Source of the DNA: Myxococcota bacterium
Lineage (GTDB): Bacteria > Myxococcota_A > Polyangia > Polyangiales > Sandaracinaceae
Assembly (NCBI GenBank): GCA_036149055.1
Contig: JAYZQJ010000217.1
Location: forward strand, 1 to 53,054
Length of the DNA: 53,054 nt
Reading direction: 5' to 3'
The translations under genes and the position numbers were made by a program. Positions 1 to 8,400 of this stretch are shown here, in pieces (the stretch's first letter is position 1; each line of letters begins with the position of its first letter). The notes below the pieces were generated by a model. The model worked only from the letters and a program-made list of their open reading frames with translations, was not told the DNA's origin and made no database searches.

Positions 1-155
1 GCTCGCGCTGCGCGCTCGCTGGCCGCCCGCTGCCGCGGGATCGAACACAGGTAGGTGGTGGTGGTCCGTGCGGAAACCTCGCTGCGCTCGTCGCCTGCCG
101 TCGTCTCGGGTCAGTGTGGTGGAAGCGGGCGGGGGTGCCTCGGCGCCATTGTTTG

Positions 156-764
156 CTACCTCTCGAGCCGCGCCGCGCCCGCGGGACCGACCGGGACCTC
201 GGCGCGAAGCGGATCTTCGGCGAGGCGCTCGGCCACCGTGGGCTCACGGGCGGCGGGCTCGGTCAGCTGGCCCCTCATGATCCCGGCGGGCCGGTCCTGG
301 GCGGGCGCGCGCCTCACCTCGGCGTCGGTCGCCTCTCCGGCCAGGAGCGCCGAGCACATGGCGATGCCCACCGCGAGCGCTGCGCCCCGGCTCCGGCGCC
401 GGACGCGCCCGACCTCGCAGTCGGCGGTGATGACCGTTCCGTCGCGGCGACGGTAGAGCCGCATGCAGGCGCCCTCGCCGATCAGCTGGAGCGCCTGCGC
501 CGCGGTCAGGCCGCGCACGTCGTACACCGTTCGATCGCAGGCCCCGCAGTGACGGGCCCGGCCCTCCCCCTCCATCGCCTCCCAGCGCGCGTCGCAGGGC
601 GTGGCGATCCGCAGGCTGGAGAGCACCCGGAGGCGGCGCCGCTGCAGGCGCGTCTCCACCTCGAGGAGCGAGTCGGCGAGCGCGACCGCGTCCTTGCCGG
701 CGAGCTCGGCGCGGAGCGCGTCGCGGCGAGCGGTGAGCGCGATGATGTCGTCGCGATACCCCAT
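156..764 (-). CDS. Hypothetical protein with a Cys-motif domain (IATPC..W..M.G...RHCGAC...VYD...C.RLYRR.DGTVIT.DC) and a downstream hydrophobic segment
   Basis: 202-aa ORF with ATG start. Five conserved-looking Cys in a motif I recognise from uncharacterised myxobacterial/Bacteroidota proteins. One TM-like stretch (ALAVGIAMCSALLAG). Confidence 0.7.
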   Translation of the reverse strand: MGYRDDIIALTARRDALRAELAGKDAVALADSLLEVETRLQRRRLRVLSSLRIATPCDARWEAMEGEGRARHCGACDRTVYDVRGLTAAQALQLIGEGACMRLYRRRDGTVITADCEVGRVRRRSRGAALAVGIAMCSALLAGEATDAEVRRAPAQDRPAGIMRGQLTEPAAREPTVAERLAEDPLRAEVPVGPAGAARLER

Positions 765-803
765 GCCGGCACCGAGGCCGCCCGCCGCCGGAAGTTCCCG
801 CGG

Positions 804-1313
804 TCAGGGCGGGGGGGTGGAGATGCGGGCCGCGGAGGGGTCGCCGTGACCGCGCGCCGTCTCGGCTCGGGAGCGAGGAGGCGCCGACGGGCGTTCGGCA
901 GGCGGCGGCCGGGTCGGGTGGGCGCTGCCCTGCACCTGCTGCACGGTCCCCGGCGCCTGGAGGAGAGGCGCCAGCGCGGCCTCGAGCGCGTCGAGCCCCG
1001 CCTCGAGCTGGCGCGCCCGCACCGGATCCGCGCTCGTGGCGCTGCCGCCGCGCACCGAGACGAGGCCGTCGAGCGGCAGGTCGCGCTCCCGGAGCCACGC
1101 GACCACCCGGCCGACCGCGTCGTGATCGGTCAGGTCGACCGCCAGCGTGCGCACGTCCACGGCGTGCACGACCCGCAGCTCCGCCGCACGCTCCGCGAGC
1201 AGGCTCTGCATGTCCCCGAGCAGGATCAGGTCCTTGCCCCGCGCCGCGAGGGAGGAGGCGCGGCGGTGGCCGACCTCCGAGATCGCGTCGGTGACGAGGG
1301 TCCAGGTCCGCAC
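804..1313 (-). CDS. Degenerate, short SDR-like (Rossmann N-terminus) protein
   Basis: TLVTDAISEVG...LAARGKDLIL...VDVRTLAVDLTD...LDGLV resembles an SDR N-terminus (TGASSGIG...DL). The Gly motif is eroded and no YxxxK is present. Start chosen at GTG 1313 to avoid overlap with the upstream gene. Confidence 0.5.
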   Translation of the reverse strand: MRTWTLVTDAISEVGHRRASSLAARGKDLILLGDMQSLLAERAAELRVVHAVDVRTLAVDLTDHDAVGRVVAWLRERDLPLDGLVSVRGGSATSADPVRARQLEAGLDALEAALAPLLQAPGTVQQVQGSAHPTRPPPAERPSAPPRSRAETARGHGDPSAARISTPPP

Positions 1314-1336
1314 GCGCTCAGGGTACACCAGGGCGC

Positions 1337-3154
1337 CTACAGCAGCCGCTCGACCGCGCTGCGGAGGCCGTCGGCGGTGACCTCCTCGGGCGCGATGACG
1401 GGGCCGGCCACGACCTCGACCCGGGACCAGAGACGCGTCGGCCACTTCGCGAAGGGCTTGCCGCCCGCGTGGCTGAAGAAGCTGCCCCAGAGGCCGCGGA
1501 GACCGACCGGGACGACGGGCGCGGGGCGGCGCGCGAGGATGCGCTCGATCCCGGGCTTGAACGCGTCGAGCGCGCCGTCGCGGGTGAGCTTGCCCTCGGG
1601 GAAGATCCCGACCACCTCACCGTCCGCGAGCGCGGCGTCGATGGCGTCGAGCGCGGCCTCGAGCCGCTCCGGATCCTCGCTCCGGGGCGCGATGGGGATC
1701 ACGCGCACCAGTCGGAAGAACGGCGCGAGCGGGCCGTCGTGGATGCGGTGATCCATGACGAAGCGGATCGGGCGGCGGCACAGCCCACCGAGCACGAGCG
1801 CGTCCACGTAGCTGACGTGGTTGGCGACGACGACCGCGGGCCCGTGGTCCGGCACGCCCTCGAGCCCGCGCGCCTTCACCCGGTAGAGCACGCGGACGGC
1901 GCCGCCGATGAGGAGCCGAAGCACGAAGTCCCGGGTGAGCACGGCCGCGACCGCGGTGGCCACGAGCGAGAGGGCGGCGGTCGCCAGCAGCAGCGACGGG
2001 AGCGACAGCCCGGCGGCGCGGAGCGCGATGGCGAAGAGCGCGGCCCCCACCATGAAGAGCGCGTTGAGCACGTTGTTGGCGGCCACGATCCGGGCCCGCT
2101 CCTTCGCCTCGGCCCGCTCCTGCATCAGCGCGTAGAGCGGCACGATGAAGAGGCCGCCGGCGAGCCCGAGGAAGGTGAGATCGAGGCCGACCCGGAACGG
2201 CACGTGGCCATCCCCCGGCGCGCCCGCGATGGCGAAGCCGAGGTCGACGAGCAGGCCGGTCATCGCGAGCGACGCGGGCGCGACGTGACCGAGCTCGATG
2301 CGGCCGCCGGTGAGCCGGTCGCTGGCGAGCGAGCCGATCCCGATGCCGACCGTGAAGAGCGCGAGCAGCACGGTGATGGTGTGCGCGTCGCCGCCGAGGT
2401 GCGCGGTGGCGATGAGGGGCAGCTGGGCGAGGAGCAGCGCGCCGAGGAACCAGAACCAGCTCGCGCCGACGATGGACTTCCAGGCCGGGCGGTTCGCGCG
2501 CGCGATCGAGAGGGTGCGCCAGGTGCCGCGCGCGAGGTTCCAGTCGAGCACGAGCTCGGGCGCGCTCGGCGGCGCGTCGGGCACCTGCCGCGCGGCCAGG
2601 TAGCCCGCCGCGGCGACCGTCAACAGGAGCGCGGTGGTGACGAGGGTCCCGACGGCCGGCAGCGCGATCACCAGGCCGCCGACCAGGGTCCCGCCGAGGA
2701 TGGCGACGAAGGTGCCCATCTCGACCAGCCCGTTTCCGCGCACGAGCTCGTTCGCCGCGAGGTGCTGCGGCAGGATCCCGTACTTCACCGGCCCGAAGAA
2801 CGCCGACTGCGCGCCCATGAGGAACAGCGCCCCGAGGAGCAGCGGCAGGCTCCCGAGGTGGAAGCCGAGCGCCGCGAGCCCCATCACGGCGACCTCGGTG
2901 AGCTTGAGCGCCCGGATCAGGCGCGCCTTGTCGAGCTTGTCCGCGAGCTGCCCGGCGAGCGCCGAGAAGAGGAAGAACGGCAAGATCAGCAGCGCGCTGG
3001 CCACGTTCACCAGCGCGTCCACGCCCAGCCCGGCCCGCGCCGCGCCCCCGAGCGTGACCGTCACCACGAGGGCGCTCTTGAAGAGGTTGTCGTTGAGCGC
3101 CCCGAGCAGCTGGGTGACGAAGAGCGGGGCGAAGCGTCGGCGGAGCAGCAGCAT
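1337..3154 (-). CDS. MFS lysophospholipid transporter fused to a PlsC-type acyltransferase (LplT/Aas-like)
   Basis: RRFAPLFVTQLLGALNDNLFK, AGQLADK and FGPVKYGILPQ MFS motifs, about 12 TM segments. C-terminal NHVSYVD and FPEGKLT acyltransferase motifs. AGGAGG RBS before ATG 3154. Confidence 0.9.
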   Translation of the reverse strand: MLLLRRRFAPLFVTQLLGALNDNLFKSALVVTVTLGGAARAGLGVDALVNVASALLILPFFLFSALAGQLADKLDKARLIRALKLTEVAVMGLAALGFHLGSLPLLLGALFLMGAQSAFFGPVKYGILPQHLAANELVRGNGLVEMGTFVAILGGTLVGGLVIALPAVGTLVTTALLLTVAAAGYLAARQVPDAPPSAPELVLDWNLARGTWRTLSIARANRPAWKSIVGASWFWFLGALLLAQLPLIATAHLGGDAHTITVLLALFTVGIGIGSLASDRLTGGRIELGHVAPASLAMTGLLVDLGFAIAGAPGDGHVPFRVGLDLTFLGLAGGLFIVPLYALMQERAEAKERARIVAANNVLNALFMVGAALFAIALRAAGLSLPSLLLATAALSLVATAVAAVLTRDFVLRLLIGGAVRVLYRVKARGLEGVPDHGPAVVVANHVSYVDALVLGGLCRRPIRFVMDHRIHDGPLAPFFRLVRVIPIAPRSEDPERLEAALDAIDAALADGEVVGIFPEGKLTRDGALDAFKPGIERILARRPAPVVPVGLRGLWGSFFSHAGGKPFAKWPTRLWSRVEVVAGPVIAPEEVTADGLRSAVERLL

Positions 3155-3271
3155 GCCCCTCCTCTTCGCCAACCCCGTGCCACCCCCGCTCCCGAGCCCC
3201 GAGCCTCGACTCGCGCTCGCCCCGTTCATCCCGTGCACCCCCGCCGTACACCCGATGCTCACGCCTGCACC

Positions 3272-3878
3272 GAGAGAACGACCCGCGGCTGTGCTCGGGT
3301 GGCTTCTCAGGCAGGGAGAGGGGAGGAGGGAGGCGAGGAGGAATCAGCCCAGGTGTGCCCGGACGGCACCGAATGACGAGATGACGACGAGCGTCCCCGG
3401 GCGAGGGCGGCGCGCCCTGCTCGGGTGGCTTCTCAGGCAGGGAGAGGGGAGGAGGGAGGCGAGGAGGAATCAGCCCAGGGGTGCCCGAACGGCACCGAAT
3501 GACGAGATGACGACGAGCGTCCCCGGGCCCGGGCGGCGCGCCCTGCCGCGGGGCAAGCGTCGCGACTGTTGTCGCGACTTCCTCCCCTCTCCTGTCTCTT
3601 CGTCTCCCTTCTTCTCGAGATCCTCGCAGTCAGCTCCCGGAGGAGGAGAGAGAACGGCCCGCTCGCTCGAAAGGCTTCTCGGGCAGGGAGAGGGGAGGAG
3701 GGAGGCGAGGAGGAATCAGCCCAGGGGTGCCCGGACGGCACCGAATGACGAGATGACGACGAGCGTCCCCGGGCGCGTCGCGACATCTGTCGCGACTTCC
3801 TCCCCTCTCCCGTCTCCCCTTCATCTCGCGAGATCCTCGCAGTCGGTGAGACGGAGGGGTCAGCTCCCGGAGGAGGAG
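3272..3878. repeat. Composite intergenic repeat: three copies of a ~102-bp unit plus two copies of a ~70-bp unit, with inverted-repeat structure (REP/MITE-like)
   Basis: Unit A (GGCTTCTC...GAGCGTCCCCGGGC) at 3301-3402, 3427-3528 and 3673-3774. Unit B (GCGTCGCGAC...GAGATCCTCGCAGTC) at ~3557-3631 and ~3775-3844. A 20-bp direct repeat GTCAGCTCCCGGAGGAGGAG at 3629-3648 and 3859-3878. Confidence 0.9.
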
Positions 3879-4663
3879 CCGGAGAGCTCGTTCTCGAGGC
3901 CCGAGAGGTCGGGCAGCTCCTCCAGGTTGGGGAGCACGATGATCTCGATGCGCCGGTTCTGGGCGCGGCCCTCGTCGTCGGCGTTCGAGGCGACGGGCTG
4001 GGTGTCGGCGTAGCCGGCGGCCGCGAGGCGCTCGGCGTTCATGCCGTGCTCGGCGAGGAACCGGACGACGGCGACGCCGCGGGCGGCCGAGAGCTCCCAG
4101 TTGCTGTCGTAGCGGCTGCGACGACCGACCGGGACGTTGTCGGTGTGCCCGGCGACGAGGAAGTTCCGGTTCGGGACCTGGCCGAGCACGCCGGCGACGC
4201 GCTCCAGGGTCTCGTAGGCGGCCTCGCGCAGCTCGGCGCGGCCGGAGTCGAAGAGCACGTTCTCGGGCAGCTCGACGACCATGTTGCCACGCACGATGCG
4301 CACCCGGAGCTGCCCGGCCGCGACCATGTCCCGGAACTGACGCGCCATCGCGCGGAGCGAAGCGAGGCGCTGCTCGTTGGCGCGCTCGCGGGCCCGCGCC
4401 GCCTCGAGCTCGGACTGGAGCTGGCTGCGCACCGAGCTCAGGTCGCTGAGGTCGCGGCCCTGCGACTCGAGGAGGCCTCGGAGCTCGCCGTTCTCGGCCT
4501 GGAGCTCCTCGATCCGGGCGTTCGCCTGCCGCAGCTCCGCTTGCGTCTGCTCGTGCTCCGACTGGAGCGTGTTGTACTCCGCCTCCCAGTCGCGGCCGCA
4601 GCCGACCGCGGAGGTCAGCAGGGCGAGGAGGAGGGCGGGTCCGAGGAGCGTTCGGTTGCGCAT
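3860..4663 (-). CDS. OmpA/MotB-family lipoprotein with N-terminal coiled coil
   Basis: Lipobox-like LLTSAVGC, a coiled coil, then VLFDSG, GHTDNVP, NWELSAAR, GY...QP and NRRIEI OmpA/MotB C-terminal motifs. Confidence 0.88.
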   Translation of the reverse strand: MRNRTLLGPALLLALLTSAVGCGRDWEAEYNTLQSEHEQTQAELRQANARIEELQAENGELRGLLESQGRDLSDLSSVRSQLQSELEAARARERANEQRLASLRAMARQFRDMVAAGQLRVRIVRGNMVVELPENVLFDSGRAELREAAYETLERVAGVLGQVPNRNFLVAGHTDNVPVGRRSRYDSNWELSAARGVAVVRFLAEHGMNAERLAAAGYADTQPVASNADDEGRAQNRRIEIIVLPNLEELPDLSGLENELSGSSSGS

Positions 4664-4716
4664 GGAGCGTTCGTAAATCGGTCCGACCCCGCGATGCAAG
4701 GTGTAAGCTCCCCGGC

Positions 4717-5061
4717 ATGGGGGAAGACGAGCGAAGGCAGGCGCGGCGCTACGCGCTCTGGATCCCGGTGCAGGTGCAGGCCGGGACGGACGTGCAGATG
4801 CTCGCGGTCAGCAAGAACATCAGCTGGAGCGGCGTGCTCGTCATCGCCGGCGCCAGCCTGGAGCCGGGCGAGCGGGTCACCATGACCCTCCAGGTCCCCG
4901 GTGAGGACGCGCGCGAGCTCTCGGGCGCGATCATCCGGGTGGAGCCCAACGAGGAGGACCCCGACGGGCTCTGGCGATACCGCCTCGCGGTGCGCTTCGA
5001 CGAGAACGTCGAAGATCTCGAGCCCGCCTTCGAGCGCCTCGAGGGCAAGGCTCCAATCTAG
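4717..5061 (+). CDS. Stand-alone PilZ-domain (c-di-GMP-binding) protein
   Basis: RQARR (RxxxR) and NISWSG ((D/N)xSxxG) motifs in a 114-aa protein. Confidence 0.85.
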   Translation: MGEDERRQARRYALWIPVQVQAGTDVQMLAVSKNISWSGVLVIAGASLEPGERVTMTLQVPGEDARELSGAIIRVEPNEEDPDGLWRYRLAVRFDENVEDLEPAFERLEGKAPI

Positions 5062-5501
5062 CCGTCGGTCGCGCGCGCGGGGACGACGAGCAGCGGGCGA
5101 TCGATCGCGCGGAACAGCGACTTCGCGACGCTGCCCGCGAGCAGCTCGGCGAGGCGACCCCGGCGGCGCGCGCCGATGACCACCACGTCGGCCTCGAGCT
5201 TCGCGGCCATCTCCACGATCTCCTGCACCGCGGGGCCCTGCACGGTGAGCGCCTCGCAGTCGAGCCCGGGGCGCAGCGCGTCGGCGAGGGCCTGGGTGGC
5301 GCGGTGCGCGGCGCGCATGCCGGCCGCGACCTCGTCTCGCACCGTCTGCGGCCCCGGCTCCCAGCCCACCCACTCGGGCTCGGCGGGCGCGACGTGCAGG
5401 AGCGTGAGCTTGCCGCCCGACAGCCGGGCGAGGGTCGCGGCCTGCTCCACCACGGCCGGGGTCACCTCGGTGTGATCCACGCAGGCGAGGACTCGCTTCA
5501 T
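5058..5501 (-). CDS. Universal stress protein (Usp family)
   Basis: MKRVLACVD, LTLLHV, G.AVQEI, ADVVVIG and LLAGSVAKSL...PLLVV motifs. Confidence 0.9.
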   Translation of the reverse strand: MKRVLACVDHTEVTPAVVEQAATLARLSGGKLTLLHVAPAEPEWVGWEPGPQTVRDEVAAGMRAAHRATQALADALRPGLDCEALTVQGPAVQEIVEMAAKLEADVVVIGARRRGRLAELLAGSVAKSLFRAIDRPLLVVPARATDG

Positions 5502-5583
5502 GTCTCCGTACATAGACGCGGCCTCGGGGGAGGCACGTCGCGGCGGAGTTGCGCTATGGTCGCCGCCCCGAAGGGAGGGACAC

Positions 5584-6783
5584 GTGGCCGGCGGCGGCGG
5601 TGGAGAAGGCAAGACCTGGATCGGGATCCTCGCGGCGGGCGTCGTCCTGTGCGGCGCCGGCTACGGGCTCGAGCACGCGGAGGCGGGGCCGTCCTGGCTC
5701 GCCGTCGGCTGCCTCGCGGTCGGTGGCCTGGCGGTGGTGTTCGGCTCCGTCGAGGCCATGATCAAGAGCGTCGAGGGCATCGGCCAACGGCTCGGCTGGA
5801 ACCAGTTCGTGGCCGGCACCATCGCCGGGCTCGCGAGCAACCTGCCCGAGATCGTGATGCTCGGCTTCGTGGTCGCGGCGTCCCCGCGGGTGGCGTTCGT
5901 GGTGGTGACGCTGACCCTGCACGTCAACGCGCTCACCTTCGGCGTCTACAGCGGGCTGCTCCCGCGCGACGAGACCGGCGGCGCGCGGCTCCCGGCGGCG
6001 CTGGTGAAGATCAGCACCGACCTCTACGCGGCGGGCGGCGGCGTGTTCCTCGCCACCGGCTCGCTGATGATGGTCATGACCGAGTTCTCCACCGACGATC
6101 ACGGCGGTCAGGGCCTGGGCCCGTGGGACCTCATCGTCATCGGCGTGAGCCTGATCGCGGTGCAGGGCGTGGCCACCACCCAGATGGTCAAGCGCTTCAG
6201 CAAGGACGAGGACGCGCAGGACCCACCCGAGGCGACGGAGACGGAGACGGAGGAGCCGGCGACGCCGAAGGCCGACCCGCCGTCGTGGGGCGCGATCGCG
6301 GGCTGGGGCCTGCTGAGCGCGGTGACCTCGCTGCTCGGAGGCCACGCGGTGGGCGACTTCGCCGACTCCCTCGTCGCCGGCCTCGAGGCCGCCGGCTACC
6401 CGGAGATGATCGGCGCGATCATCCTCAGCATCTTCGCCGGCGCGGGCGCCTACGTGATGATCGCGAGCGCGCACTTCAAAGGCATGTACGACATCGCGCT
6501 CGCCGGCGTCTCCGGCTCGATCACGCAGGTCCCCTTCCTCGTGCTGCCGGCGGTGATGCTGCTCATCGGCATCTTCTCGATGACCGGCCTCGTGCCCGCG
6601 CTGCCGGGCGGCGTCGCGCTGCCCATCGATCTCGAGACGACCAGCGTGGTGCTGCTCGCCTTCCCACCGATGCTGATCCTCTGGAAGAGCGTGCAGGACG
6701 ACGGGAAGGTCAACTGGGTCGAGACCGCGGGCATGGTCTCGGTCTTCGGCCTGGTCATCTACTTCCTCGCCAAGCACGGGTGA
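5584..6783 (+). CDS. Ca2+/cation antiporter (CaCA/ChaA-like)
   Basis: About 10-11 TM segments. Alpha-1-like GLASNLPE, an acidic central loop, and alpha-2-like GSITQVPFLVLP. GTG start after GGGAGGGA. Confidence 0.72.
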   Translation: MAGGGGGEGKTWIGILAAGVVLCGAGYGLEHAEAGPSWLAVGCLAVGGLAVVFGSVEAMIKSVEGIGQRLGWNQFVAGTIAGLASNLPEIVMLGFVVAASPRVAFVVVTLTLHVNALTFGVYSGLLPRDETGGARLPAALVKISTDLYAAGGGVFLATGSLMMVMTEFSTDDHGGQGLGPWDLIVIGVSLIAVQGVATTQMVKRFSKDEDAQDPPEATETETEEPATPKADPPSWGAIAGWGLLSAVTSLLGGHAVGDFADSLVAGLEAAGYPEMIGAIILSIFAGAGAYVMIASAHFKGMYDIALAGVSGSITQVPFLVLPAVMLLIGIFSMTGLVPALPGGVALPIDLETTSVVLLAFPPMLILWKSVQDDGKVNWVETAGMVSVFGLVIYFLAKHG

Positions 6784-6785
6784 CG

Positions 6786-7424
6786 ATGCCCCGCTGGCTC
6801 CTGGCCCTCGGGCTCCTCGCCGTCGAGCTCCTCGTCGCCGCGCCCGCCTCCGCGCAGGAGTCGACGGTCGTGCCCGAGCCGCCGGAGCCGGTCGAGCTGC
6901 GCCCGGCGACGGTGCGCTTCCACGCCGACGTCGAGGGTCTCGAGGTCCTCTACCTCCCCGCGCCCACGCTCGACGAGGGCCTGCGCGTGCGTCTCGCGCC
7001 GCCGTCCCGCTACCAGCTCCTCTGCGCGGCCCCGTGCGACCGCGAGCTCCCGCAGACGCACCTCGGCCTCGCCCTCCGCCGCGGCGAGCGGGTCGTGCGC
7101 TTCACCGAGCCCTTCGGCGTCGACGGCCCGACCGGCGTGCGCCTCGACTGGATCGATCGCGGCCGGGAGCGCGAGGCGGGCGTCGCCATCCTCGCCGCCG
7201 GCGTGCCGCTGTCCATCGGCGTCGGGGTCGGCGTCTCCCTCGTCGGCCTCACCCAACCCGAAGGCGACGCCTTCTACGCCGTCGGCGCGAGCGTCGGCGC
7301 CGCGCTCCTCGGCGCCGCGCTCGTCACCGGCCTCCTGCTCCTTCTCGCCGACGACGACGCCACCTTCGAGATCACCCCCCTCCCCGACGCCCCCGACCAC
7401 CTCCGCTCCCGCGACTGGCGCTGA
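6786..7424 (+). CDS. Hypothetical exported/membrane protein
   Basis: Signal peptide (MPRWLLALG...ASAQ), LCAAPC motif, two C-terminal TM helices. Starts 2 nt after the upstream stop. Confidence 0.65.
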   Translation: MPRWLLALGLLAVELLVAAPASAQESTVVPEPPEPVELRPATVRFHADVEGLEVLYLPAPTLDEGLRVRLAPPSRYQLLCAAPCDRELPQTHLGLALRRGERVVRFTEPFGVDGPTGVRLDWIDRGREREAGVAILAAGVPLSIGVGVGVSLVGLTQPEGDAFYAVGASVGAALLGAALVTGLLLLLADDDATFEITPLPDAPDHLRSRDWR

Positions 7425-7460
7425 CCTCGCCCGCTCCCCGCGACATCAGCGCTCCGAACG

Positions 7461-8375
7461 TCAATTGCTCTCGCAAAGGCGCAACGCCGCAGGGGGCCCT
7501 GGGGCGACGGGACGGACGCTCGCCGCCGGGTTCCTCGCCGCAGCCCACCTCGATGAGCCCAGCGCGGCGGAGGACAATTACTCTCGCAAAGACACAATGC
7601 CGCAAAGGGGACCTGGGGCGACGGGATGGACGCTCGCCGCCGGGTTCGGTGCTGGAGGCGGCTCGACGGCTGCAGTTCATCTCTCGCAGAGGCGGAGAGA
7701 CGCAGAGGCTTCTGGGCAGCGGGCGGACGCTCGCCGCGGGTTCGTCACTGCAGCCCACCTCGACGAGCCCAACGCTCCGACCGGTAGCTGCCGCCGCCAA
7801 GCCGTCCCCAGCACGGAGACCGCCGGCCAGCCCTCACTCCGCTGCCACCCACCTCTTTGCGTCTTTGCGTCTTTGCGTGAAATAAATTGCGACCGCCAAG
7901 CCGCCCACGACCTTGAACCCGCCGGCCACCCGCCATCCCGCCGCCGCCGCCACCACCACCTCGTCTTTCGTGAATCAAATTGCGGATACCAAGCCGACCA
8001 CAGCACGGAGACCGCCGGCCCGCCCTCACTCCGCTGCCACCCACCCTCGTTGCGTCTTTGCGTCTTTGCGTGAAATAAATTGCGGCCACCAAGCCGCCCG
8101 CGACCTGGAACCCGCCGGCGAGCCTCCATCCCGCCGCCATCCCTCTGCGCCTCTGCGACTCTGCGAGAGACAATTCGCGCCCACCGAGCCGGCCTGCATC
8201 ACCGAACCCGCCGGCCGTCCCCCATCCCGCCGCAAGCCCTCGGCCGCTTCGCGCCTCGGCGAGAGCCCACTTCCCCCAAAGGGACCCAGCGATGCGGCAC
8301 GAGCCGACGAGCCGCCATCCCACCAGCCCCGCCCCTTGGCGGCTTCGCGCTTGGCGAGAGCCAGTTCCCCCGGAA
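7461..8375. repeat. Array of nine degenerate ~95-115-bp units, three forward and six inverted, each with an 8-bp-periodic core
   Basis: Forward cores CTCTCGCA(A/G)AG... at 7468, 7581 and 7681. Reverse cores include (CTTTGCGT)x3 GAAA at 7855-7882, and others at ~7960, ~8050, ~8143 (CTCTGCGCCTCTGCGACTCTGCGAGAG), ~8238 and ~8334. Shared flank GAACCCG.CGGC...CCATCCCG. Confidence 0.88.
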
Positions 8376-8400
8376 GGGACGCGAGACGGCGGCACGATGG

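Noticed and set aside
3168..3183. Sigma54-like TGGCAC-GGGGT-TGGC upstream of the MFS-acyltransferase gene (minus strand)
   Set aside because: Spacing fits, but the implied start site would fall beyond the AGGAGG RBS, almost at the ATG. Too ambiguous to call.
3301..3774. CRISPR array, or a repeat-protein CDS (ORF 2634-4013 with repeated LRQGEGRREARRNQPR)
   Set aside because: The ~100-bp units have no unique spacers. The ORF is antisense to two real genes and the peptide repeat simply mirrors the DNA repeat.
7461..8375. CRISPR array
   Set aside because: Units are degenerate, the intervening sequences are homologous to each other rather than unique spacers, orientation flips mid-array, and no cas genes are present.
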